Positions 10,468 to 21,246 of a stretch of DNA of 64,000 nucleotides are shown in pieces; the stretch's first letter is position 1; every line of letters begins with the position of its first letter. The stretch covers positions 186,001 through 250,000 of the forward strand of contig LSRY02000022.1 in NCBI GenBank assembly GCA_001643675.2, given 5' to 3'. Origin of the DNA: Monocercomonoides exilis PA203 (taxonomy: Eukaryota; Protista; Preaxostyla). The notes beneath the pieces were generated by a model. That model did no database searches, was not told where the DNA came from, and saw only the letters and a list, made by a program, of their open reading frames with translations. Made by a program: the position numbers and the translations under genes.

Positions 10468-12309
10468 TTTGTTTAAAATTTTTCTTTTTCCAGATTTTGA
10501 TTTATTGATTAATTTATTAAATTGTTATTGATTCCAGTCCATTTTGGTAATTCCAATGGTGCTTTTTCATTCTTCTTTGCGTTTGAAAGGTCAATTAAAA
10601 AAAAAAAGCTGTTTTTGCGAACGGCGTTGACTCATTATTCTGTCTTATGTATATCCTTCGTGTTGAGTAATATTTTATCCTCATCTCGTTGTTTTATTAA
10701 TTGAAAAATGAATAAAATATATGGAGAATTCGAAATTAGTTAATTATTTATTTTTATTTTTTGATCAAATTTTTATTCTTCAAAATTCAGGATTGAATAA
10801 ATAATAACAACTATTTGAGCGAGTTATTGTTCAAACATTTTTTGTTAACTTATACATCAAAAATAATTCAAAATCGAATAAGTTTCAAACATAGTCGTAA
10901 GTTCGATATTTTTCAAATTCTCAAAAAATTGACAAAAATCAATAAAAGTCAAAAAACATTATTTTTTGCAGAAATATTAACAAAACTTGTTATTTTAATA
11001 ATTTTTCATCGCTTTTTCAATATTTTCTTATGTTTCATTTTGAACAATTATGTTACTCAAATCAAAGAAGAATAATAAAAAAATTTAGACTTATCTCAAT
11101 TGAAAGCACACTTTTTCACAGAAATTTAACCGAAGTAAAATTTTGTTTTTATACCAATTTAGAAAAGTAAGATGAATACAGTGTTGGTTCTTTTATTTTA
11201 ATTCAATAGCAGAATACTCATTTCTTATTTAATGAAACAAATGTCAAAAGTTTTGTTGCGGGTGAATTTTTGAGTTTCTTATGATTTGAAATCTTCAAAA
11301 TTTGCAGGAAAAACAAAACAAACATTGCCGATAATATTCGCAAAAACAAAATTACAATATTTTTTTTCAATTGAATTAACTTTTGGAAATATATGTTTTT
11401 TATTATTAAAATTTCGATTTCGATTGAAAGTTTTTTGATTTCGTTTAAAATTTTTTCGAATTCGTTTGCAACTTTTTCGACTTTGAACAATTTTTGGTAG
11501 ATGTCACCTTTGGTGGACCTACTATTTTTTGCATATTTTTAATGATAGTTAAAAAAAGCAATTAATATATGGGTGATTTTTTTTGATTTCATTAAAAAAG
11601 ATCAAAAATTGAAAAGAAAAAATCTATTGTGGTATTTATTGATCAAAAAGTTTTAATGATTTATTTCAAGTTTTTTAGCTTTTATTGCTGTCATATATAT
11701 TTGTAAAATTCATAAGAACAAAAAACATACCTTTTTTATGTTTTAAGTGAAAAAGAAAATTTTGATCATATTTATAAAAATAAACCAAAAATAAATACTG
11801 AAACTTCTAAAAGGAAAATAGTCATATCATAATTGGAAAAACAAAACTTATAAAGAAAATTTATATTTATTGAACAATGTTGATGGATTTTAATGTACAA
11901 AATATAATTTCTTCAAATAACATGCATTGAATTTTGTTTTCATTGAGGTAAAACTTCATCACCAATTTCCTGCTACAGCTGAGCAGTTCAACGACTTATT
12001 AAAACAACGAAAGGAATGGAGGCGATACAATAATAGATGATCACAATAGAGTCAATCTCACTTTTCTCTCCTTTTTATTTTTATGAACAAATTTCTAACT
12101 TTCTTCTCCATCTGCTGCCCATCTTTCTTGCTTTTCTGCTCCACTTCATTAATATCCCCCATTTGAAAATGTTGCCTGTTGTTTTCTTTTATATATATTG
12201 TTTTCCTAATAAAAGTTTCATAACACTTCTTAATCACTTCTTTAACGAAAAAAGAACTTGTTAATTTTTTTCAGCGAATTTGCTTCGTTCATTTTCTTTA
12301 TTTTCTTCT

Positions 12310-13560
12310 CTTCTCAGCCATCTCCCTTTTCCTCGACCACACCTTCATCGCCGGTCTCACTTTCAGCAACCTCAGCATATTCCACCTCACCTCTCTCACA
12401 AACCCCTTCTCTTTCAACTCCTTTAACAGTTACAACAGTTCCATGAGCAGCATTATTTTGGTACACAGAAACCAGAAAACTTCCGAAGGCGATTTGTTTT
12501 CCTTGACACAAAGATCAGCAGGTTCCATATGATTGAAGAGGTGAATGAAGGAAGAGGAAGAGGAAGAAGAAGAAGAAGAAGAATTGAGGAGAAGAATGAG
12601 AAGTGGAGGTGCGTGTGTTTGAGCTGGTGTTTGAATTCTTTCTGGAGATGAAAGGGGAAGAAGAGGAGGAGGAGGAAGAAGAGGAAGGAGAGGAAGAAGA
12701 AGAAGAAGAGGAAGAAAAAAGAAGGAAGAAGGAGTTGCAAATGTTGAGGAGGCTGTGATTCATTGAGTGTGCTCTTGAACGAGAAAATTTTCTGTTATTC
12801 ATCTTCAATAACATCTCCTTTTGTTTCTTTCAGTTGCGACATGCACCAGCTTTATGTCAAAAGTGTCATTTTGCAATGTGCAAAACTCGTCTTTCTCATT
12901 TGTCTTCATCTTCGCTTCGGTTCTTCACGTGATTCCCTTTCCTCTGCTCTTCGCTCAACTTGCTTTTGTATATCTCTTTTTTTGCCTCTTCCATTTGAAC
13001 TCGCACTCCTCTCTCTTCGCTTCTAAGCGGTGCTGCAAAATGAGAGGATGAGTGCGATATTGCTGGCAGATCCTTCCCTCTTCCACCGCCATTTCTCATG
13101 CGATGCCCATTCAGTCCATTCAGCGCAGCTTGCGCACAGAAGCTGTATGAAGTGCTGAAGCAGAGTGGAACGTTCCGCTGCAGAAGGTATAGACAATAAC
13201 AACGTTGCATTTGAGAAAAAGCAAACTGAACGAAATAATTTTTGGCGAGCTTTATCAAGCTTCCAATTGAACAACGAACACACATTTGAATGTCGACGGC
13301 CTGATCCAATGAAAAATGAGGAAGATGATTGATTAAATGAAGGAAATTAAGAAGAATATGAGTTAGAAGAAGGTGAAGAAGGTGAAGGTGGAGAAGAAGG
13401 TGCATAAGAATGTTTAAAAATGATGTGACAGAGAAATGTGCTATCAGTCGATTGGCATTCTTGAGATAGATGATGAGAAGGCTTCATGTGATGTTGATTG
13501 GCTTAAACGTTTCGCTTGCTGTATAAATTTCAGATTTGTTCGAAAAAACTCGATCACAAT
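12310..13560 (-). pseudogene. Decayed intron-containing gene fragment (cargo 1 of the nested element)
   Basis: Protein-like segments (AVDIQMCVRCSIGSLIKLAKNYF...; MEPADLCVKENKSPSEVFWFL...) separated by pyrimidine-rich intron-like tracts and stops. Boundaries approximate. Confidence 0.45.
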
Positions 13561-13699
13561 ATTTGTCACTAACAGATTGTGGTAATCAATATTGCTGTAT
13601 TTTTCCAACGTCAATTCGCTTTCTTTCTGTGATTTCCCCTCCTTTCTCTTCAAAAATAGAAAATGATAATATCCCTCAATTTCCTTCTTCTTCCATTTT

Positions 13700-14640
13700 T
13701 CCATCTTCCATTCAACCCCAAAAATCATCAGAAAATATCAATCACTTCCTTTTCTTCATCTTTCGCAGTCTCTTCCATAAAATCTTTTCTCCTCTCATAA
13801 AAAAATACCCCTCTTCTGATCAAACATTTCTCAATTTCCTTCTTCTTTCCTGCTTTTGCCCTCTTTTCTTTCTCTTCAAAATCCATTTCTCCAATTTGTC
13901 TCAAATATCTTCCTCACCATCCTCAGCCACTTCTCTATATTTTTGCTATATTATCTTCTCCAAATCTCCATTTGCTCTTCTCAATCCCTCTGTCTCAAAA
14001 TTTCCTCCATTCCAAACCCACTTTCGAAACATCAACATTCCAAAAAACCACTCAACTCCCACACTCTCCCACAAATAATATTCTTCCATCTCTTCTCTGC
14101 CCCATATCCCTCATGTGCATGGTGTTGATGAGATAAACCTCAAATACTGTTTTGGATGGTTGAGAATATTATTAAAGGAGATGATCATGCCAAAAACAGA
14201 AAAAACACATCTGCACATCTACCACAATGTGTACAACCTGAGAAGACCCTCCAGTGAGATACACGATGTATTTTGTGGAGATGCATTCCATGCTGTATTT
14301 GACCATTCTGAGACTGAAATGGAGAGATTGAATTTTTGGAATGATGATGGCTGTGGAAATGAGGCTGTTTGGCAAAAAACAGTCGAAGGGCAGTTTGGTA
14401 TTATTTTATTTTTCTATATTTGAATATTTGCCTTTTGATGATTTTTGTATTGTTTTCAGGGCAGGAGGTGGAAAAGAATGAAAATGAATGAGAGCGGAAT
14501 ATCTCGTTGTGCAGGGTGAGTATGGAGTTCGGACCACGAATTTATAAGGAAAGTGCCCAGGATGAAGGGATTTGGAAGTGAATTAGAGATGATATTTTTG
14601 GAATAAGAAGTTTTTTGATGATGAGTGTGGAAATGAGTAA
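13700..14640 (+). pseudogene. Decayed gene fragment (cargo 2 of the nested element)
   Basis: C/T-rich lead-in, then ORF 14115..14423 (HGVDEINLKYCFGWLRILL...VWQKTVEGQF), a GT...TTTCAG intron at about 14398-14459, and a further exon-like stretch. Confidence 0.45.
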
Positions 14641-15222
14641 AATACATATATTTTACATTATTCAGAATAGAAAGATAACGAAACAGTTGAAAGAGAAGCG
14701 AACGTGGGTGAATCAACTATGAAAATTATTTATTGTCAAAAATTGATTGATTTTTTCTATTATTTGTTGATTTCGACCAATCAATTCTTTTTTCATTTTC
14801 AATAACATTTTTCTGCAAATTCTTAAAAAGAAATTTATTGAATACTTTATCAAAATTGTTGCATTCATATTTTATTTGCGGTTAATTAATAGTTTAATTC
14901 TGTTTATTAGAGTTTTGTAACTTTTTGGATATGTTTAATGAATTTTCTTCAAATTTTGAATCAAAAACAATTAGAAACAGATCAAAATTAATTTATAAAT
15001 AACAACAACTATATACAAAGCAATATATTTGTATGATCATCACTTTCATTTTCCTTTTTTAACCAACCCTTAACGAAATTAATTTTTGATCAAACGTCGG
15101 AATTATTTATGATATCAAAAAAATCACCCATATTATTAATTCTTGTTAAATGTGTGCGGAAAGTTGTTATAATCAAAAAAATGAAAGTAAATTTTTTTTT
15201 AAAAAAAATATAAATAAATTAA

Positions 15223-16254
15223 TTATTCTGTATATTCTGAAGCTGATGCACCATCACCAGCTCCAAATTCATCAGAACTCGAAAAAGAGTAGTTTTCAGA
15301 GTTGTTCTCAATAATGTCATCAATATCTGGCAAATTTGGTTCCTCGTTATTTTCCTCATTATCATTGTCTTCATCAATTTCTTCATGTTTTTTGTAAACT
15401 CACTCTACAAATTCAGAAAAAGTCAAATTGAAGCAGTTTTTGACAATGAATGAAGAAATAAAGTCTTGAACAAATGCATCATTCATTCCAGAAACAGGAA
15501 GAAACTCTCTGAAATGATGCCACATCCCTTCAACAGTGTTAGTGCATGCTCCAGTTGCAGGATCCACATAGTGTCGATCGTGTACAACAATTTTGTGCAT
15601 GTAGCCTTCTTTTGCCAATGTTGCATATGCTCTCCATGAATCACTCATTACAGTAGTTCCAGGCAATATATGCTGTTTTATTATTTGTAACAAAGAGTTT
15701 CTTGAACGATCTTTGAAGATCCATGGCATTTTTTCCCCAACTTGCTGACCCTCTCTTCTTTCTATTGCTCCAAAAATCCATTGCTGCCTCTTGTATCTTC
15801 CTCTTCGATATTTTCTTCGACGTAACAAGCATTCATCTATTTCTACTGTCTTGCCTTCACCTCCAAGTTGAATAAGCTTGTTAATAAGGTATTGTGTGCA
15901 AGCATATCTGTATGCACTGTACCAAAAACCGACTGAGTGCCTGTGAATATTGTGTAGAAGACTTCCATGTTTGATGGTCATTCCAATCCAAAAAAAGAGA
16001 ATAATCATCAGCACTTTTCCAATTTTGATGTGCATTTTGTGAAACTGACTTCCATGAAATAATGAACGTTTTACACTGCATTTTTGGCATCTCCAATACT
16101 TTTTCCCTGAATTCTCTCTGATTAAATTCATTGGAGTTCTGTGTCTCCTGCATCTAGGGACTTTTCCTTTCAGTAGGGTTCCAAACATATATTGCCAAGC
16201 TTTATATTCGTTTAGAAATGTCATAAATAGCTCATGAACTTCTTTTCGATTCAT
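15223..16254 (-). CDS. Merlin/ISXO2-like DDE transposase with one in-frame TGA before an acidic tail
   Basis: N-terminal Zn-ribbon-like C..H / WRCQKC; VEIDEC...RKYRRGR; WIFGAIER; ILPGTTVMSDSWRAY; H..YVDP.TGACTNTVEGMW. TGA at 15400-15402 is followed by 58 more open codons (VYKKHEEIDEDN...EYTE) to TAA at 15223-15225. Confidence 0.9.
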
Positions 16255-17218
16255 TTGAAGTTTCGATCATACAGAAGCAATAATGATCACATCCCATATA
16301 TTCAAAAAAAATTTCCATTATTTTTTTTTTTAAACACATTTCCGTACTTTAATTCACCTCAAATATCACATATTAACACTTTTTATTAATTAACAATGCA
16401 ATTCATCAAAAAAAAAATCGGTCCACCAAAGGTGACTTTTGCCCAATTTTTGGTGTATCTTTTATGCTTCAAGAAATTGATGAATTATCATCATTCCTTG
16501 GAAGGAAGAAAGAAAAAATAGAATAGATAACAAAGAAAAGTCACTTAAGGAATGCTATTTTTTATTGATGATATTTCAATTAGAAGAAGAACGGAGAGTT
16601 AAAAAATAAAGATAAATCATCAATGAAAAATCACTCAGACGCCATTATTTATTCAAGAAAATAGAAGAAATTATAATAACTTTCTAAATTAAGAGTGAAG
16701 ATCAAAAACAAGTGATTGAAAAAATTCGTTTGGAGGTGTTGTGATAAAAAAATATTCAAATTTTGAACATATTGATCAAAATTTGAATTTTCAAAAAAAA
16801 AAAAAAAAAAAACTCACAAAAAATTGATCTTTTGAAGTGGAATAAAAGTTCAGTAATTCTGAAATGCAATGAAGTTTCTAAACCAAAAATTTTTTGATAA
16901 AATGAAAAAGGTCTTTCAAAAATTAATAATTTCCAATCAAAATGGCTGTATAAATATCAAAACAGTTTCATTTTTAACAAAAGATAGAAAGCAAAGAAAT
17001 AATAAAAAACTATTCAACAAAACTGATAAACTTATAACTTTTCCAATGAAAAATAAATCATCGGCCTGACAAAAACAACAAAAACATCAAAAAATGTTTG
17101 AAATGAACCCTTCACTTCTTAAAGACTAATATAACTTTGACATACACATAAAAAACTTGAATTCTTTTTCAGTTATTCTTTTTTTTTTCTCTCTCCTTCT
17201 CTCCTTCTCTCCTTCTCT

Positions 17219-19113
17219 TCAAGCAAATGGCAAGCAGTTCGTTTCCAGCCAGTCTTCTTCTGTGGTCTTCGTAAATGGCGGAAGAGGAGGCAAATCTGGT
17301 CGCGAGGGGATTTTTGGCATTTTCCCCCCGACAGCGTGGATGATTGTGCTGTGCGAATTAGAATAGAGAATCTCACTCATCACCTGAAATGAATACACAA
17401 ATAAACAAACATAAGATAATGAGCAAATAAAATCAAATTAAACAAAATAAAAAATTAAATAAAAAAACATGTTTTTTCTCTAATTTCAATTTCCTCATTC
17501 AAAAAACAAAGCACAATTGAAAAAAACACAATCACACCAAATCTGCGTTGAATATCTCCATCATTGAGTTCGGAACCATTTCTCTTATTTGTCCCTTGGC
17601 TGTGTCCAGAACAGCCATCGCTGCTCTCATGAATGGCAGGTCGAGGATGCCATGCATCAGATTGAGGATGAGCTTCTGGGTGAGCACACGCGCATCGAAC
17701 TTGAAGCGCTGAATGAAAAAAAGAGAAGAGAAGAGAAGAGAAGAGAAGAGAAGAGAAGAGAAGAGAAGAGAAGAGAAGAGAAGAGAAGAGAAATGAATTA
17801 AATGATATGTATAAAAATAAATATAGATTCAAGATAAAAAGTCAAATTGAACAATTATGCATTGACGATGTATTCAAAAATGTACATTTCAAAAATAATA
17901 CAGAAAATAAGTGATAAAATATAAAATCAAACAAAATTATAAAAGATATGCTAATTATAACAAATAGCAATAATAACAATAACAATAACATCATCACAAT
18001 TTATTATCACACATCATAGACCGAGTCCAGCACCCTCCCCAGCGTCCTCGGCAGCCTGTCCGCGTCTCCCCTCGTCGGGTCCTCCTCCAGCGCCATCCCC
18101 AGCTCCACCTGCAGCGTCGTAAACCCCCTCACCACAAATATCGTCATCACATGTCTCAGTGTGAACGTGATTTCTTTCGTGCTCAGATGCGAAATCATCC
18201 CTTTTCGCAGCGTCTCGATGCGCAGCCCGACTTCTGCACATGCCTGCAGAAGAGGAGAGAGGGAGGAGGAGTCGATGGCTGTCTGGATGAGCGGCTCAAT
18301 CAGGTCAGCAGGGTCGCGGAGGCGGCCTGAAGGGAGGAAGGGAGGAGAAGAGAGGGAAATGGAAGAAAAAGAGAATGAAGAAGATAAAGAAAATAAGAAG
18401 AAAAAGAGGATGACGATAAAGATGATTAACAAGCGGATGAAGATAATGAATTGAATGAGGATGAAGAATAAAAAAGAAAAGAAAAGAAGAAAGAATGATG
18501 TAAGATAAAGAAATTGAGAAAGAAATTGAAAGAGATGAGAAACAAAAATATCAATGTTAAGTAATAAGGAGCAGAATTTCTAAATTTATACAAAAATTCA
18601 TCAAAATAACATATTTAAATTCTTTTCTTCAAAATTTAAACAAATGCTTTCCATCTTTCTTTCTTTCTTTCTTTCTCTCTCTCTCTTTCTCTCTCAAATT
18701 CATTCATTCATTCATTAATTTTCCCATTCATCCAACAATCCATCCACCCATCAATCAATCAATCATACGATCCCTCTTCTTCTTCTCCAGCTCTTCCTCA
18801 AGCAGCTCGCAGTGCTTCTTCAGCAGTCTGTCCGCCTCCACAAAGCACATCCGCACAGGCGGCTCAATCAGCCCAAAGACCATCTCGACATTCGGCAGAA
18901 GATGCGAAGTCACAAATCTCTTGATCAAATCAATATTTGCCTGCCCAACTTGATCCTTCACTGCTTTGTGGAGCGCCGCAATTTCAGCGAAATTGGCGAT
19001 GATTTGCGACTCGGCCTCTCTTTTCTTGTCTTTGATGCGGGCGAGCAGGTCGGCAGTGGACGTGCGGATCTCTTCACGCACTGGGGGGAATGGATGGAGA
19101 ATGGATGAATTAG

Positions 19114-19168
<55 letters not shown>

Positions 19169-19171
19169 GAT

Positions 19172-19207
<36 letters not shown>

Positions 19208-20857
19208 GTAATAAATGAATGAAAGAAAGAAAAGGGGAATAAGAAGAAGAAGAAAGAAAGAAAAGAAAAGAAAAGGAATTAAAAAATAGAGAGAAAGAGA
19301 TAAAAAGAAATATAAAAGAAAAAAAGAAAAAAGAAAGAGAAAAAAAGAAAAAAGAGAGAGAAAGAAAGAGAATGAGAAAGAAAGAAAGAATAAAGAAAAA
19401 AACAAAAAAAAAAGAGAGAGAGAGAGAGAAAGAAAGAAAGAGAAAGAGAAAGAGAAAGAGAAAGAGAAAGAGAAAGAGAAAGAGAAAGAGAAAGAGAAAG
19501 AGAAAGAGAAAGAAACAAAGAGAGTTAGAGAGCAAGAAATCAAGTGCGCAACGAGTGTACGTGAATGTTGAATGTGTTGGTAAAAAAGCAAGAAAAAAAG
19601 AAAAAGAAAAAAAGAAAAAAATAAATTCAAAAATATCAATATTAATATGGATATGAACACAAATCCACACACAATACGTATGGAACGCCACTCTAATCGC
19701 CTGGTACTGTGCGGCCTGCTCCGGAAACGACCCGCTGAGGCGCTTGTATTTGTCGTAGAACAAGTCTGGCTCGATCTGCTCAGTGGCGAACTGGAAGATC
19801 GACAGCTGCATATCGTCCAGCCAGATGGGCATCTTCGCCCGGCTGCTGGCGGCTTCCAGCGCATGCGCCATGGCCCGGTAGAAGCTCATCCCACAGGCGA
19901 AATCGGATTTGTATGCTAATAAGAAGAACGGTTATAGAAATAATAATAATAATAATAATCATAATTATAATGATAAAAATTGTTGTTTGGAAAAAAAGAT
20001 GATAATTTGAGAAAAACGAAAAAAATTATTTTTATATAAAGAATAAGTTAGATAGTAGAAGTTCAATAAAATAAATCATGTTGTTGTTTCCATTAAATGA
20101 AGTATTTCTTCCAGTAAAAAAAAAAATGTAAACTCAATCAAAAGCAAACAAGTAACTCGAATAAGTGCATTTCTCAAGCATTTCACCCATTCAATTTTTT
20201 CCGTAACCGAAAGGGGTGCAAAATGCCATAGTCGATCTTTGTGATGATATAGTTCAATTGTATTTGCGGGATATCTTGTAGGTTGGGGAATTGAAGTTTT
20301 ATCCTTCCATTCAATCTGAATTAAATTATGATGTAAATATACTATTAATTATTTTAATAAATTTATCATACCATTTCAGCTATTTTTTTATTTCGTTGTG
20401 TTTGGGCTGCTATTGGATCTGTTCTCAAATAAATTCTGTGAATGAAAAAGAATGATTTATGATTAAAAAAATTCAGACCCTCAACAATCTCATAACCTTC
20501 AAGAGAGAAACTTCCTTTTGATTCTCCTCTGTCTTTCGCTGATAAATCTGTGTAATAAAACATCTCTCTTTCGGGAGTTAAAACCATCCATCTTCGTTTC
20601 CATGTTTTAATAGCGCCTCCTTCTTTATCTACCCATCCACAAAAAGACCTAATTGGAACTGATAGCTTTCCAGAAACCATGAGAGGAGCTTCCTCTTTCT
20701 TTCGCTTTCTTAGAAGAACATTACGCCACAAAACATAATATTGAACTGACTCACTCATTTTTCGACCTAACGGTTGTAATATCCTTTTTAATTCCTTATT
20801 AATTGTCGTACATTCTTCAGGTGTTAATGAATATTGTTTTGCACCGCCAGGCCCCAT
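17219..20857 (-). CDS. Multi-exon PH-domain protein with a helical C-terminal region, Niban/FAM129-like
   Basis: Exon 20857-20479 carries the PH start (CGWVDKEGGAIKTWKRRWMVL...YY...KGSFSLEGY). Exon 20418-20372 follows. The exon from 20315 completes PH (RLWHFAPLSVTEKIEWVKCLRNAL). GC-rich exons at about 19915-19675, 19082-18770, 18327-18015, 17709-17537 and 17383-17219 (TGA). FKFDARVLTQKLILNLMHGILDLPF...EMVPNSMMEIFNADLVMSEIL recalls the Niban C-terminal helices (recognised from memory). Some internal exon limits are approximate. Confidence 0.75.
17725..17791. repeat. (GAAGA)n intronic microsatellite
   Basis: Pentamer run inside an intron of the PH gene. Confidence 0.9.
19112..19515. repeat. 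Compound (GATA)n / (GA)n / (GAAAGA)n intronic microsatellite
   Basis: Successive purine-rich simple repeats inside an intron. Confidence 0.9.
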
Positions 20858-21246
20858 GAAATGAAAAAAAACAATATTTTATACAAATTATATGAATCAA
20901 TAAAAAAATTAATTAATATTATAGTTTATCATTTTTCGATAATTGAGATATATTAGAAATTATGAACTTGTTATTTTTTGATCTAAAAATGAAAGATATT
21001 TTAAATTGTTACAATTTTTAGCTAATTAGATAAAAAAATTTAATTGAAAATTGATTCATAAATTGAACATAAAAACAAATGAATTTGGATCATATATTTT
21101 GTTAATTAATAATTCTTATTTATTTGTCATTTTTATCAAATATGGAATTTAAATTTCATATCATCAAATTTTCTTTAATTTTTGATCATTTGCATAATAT
21201 ATATTTCATTTTTGATTATGTTTGGAAGTCATATATCTTGAGGAAT

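Larger units (their letters stand above)
11571..15129. mobile_element. Non-autonomous TIR element (GGGTGATT ends, ATAT TSD) carrying host-gene-like fragments, nested in Merlin
   Basis: Left end GGGTGATTTTTTTTGATTTCAT; right end reverse complement GGGTGATTTTTTTGATATCAT. ATAT at 11567-11570 and 15130-15133. Removing it leaves a compact ~1.39-kb Merlin. Ends resemble the MITEs at 54825 and 59638. Confidence 0.75.
11496..16443 (-). mobile_element. Merlin (IS1595/ISXO2-like) DNA transposon interrupted by a 3.56-kb nested element
   Basis: 24-bp TIRs: GGTAGATGTCACCTTTGGTGGACC (11496) and reverse complement GGCAAAAGTCACCTTTGGTGGACC (ends 16443), 3 mismatches. Perfect 8-bp TSD CAATTTTT (11488-11495, 16444-16451). 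GG termini with an 8-bp TSD are typical of Merlin. Transposase inside. Confidence 0.92.

Noticed and set aside
15400-16254. Bacterial IS1595 indicating contamination or recent transfer
   Set aside because: It sits in intron-bearing eukaryotic sequence with matching composition and a eukaryotic Merlin-type TIR/TSD structure.
18755-19889. Long F/L/S-rich ORFs (369 aa, 259 aa) resembling membrane proteins
   Set aside because: They run through intronic microsatellites; only the GC-rich ends are real exons of the PH gene.
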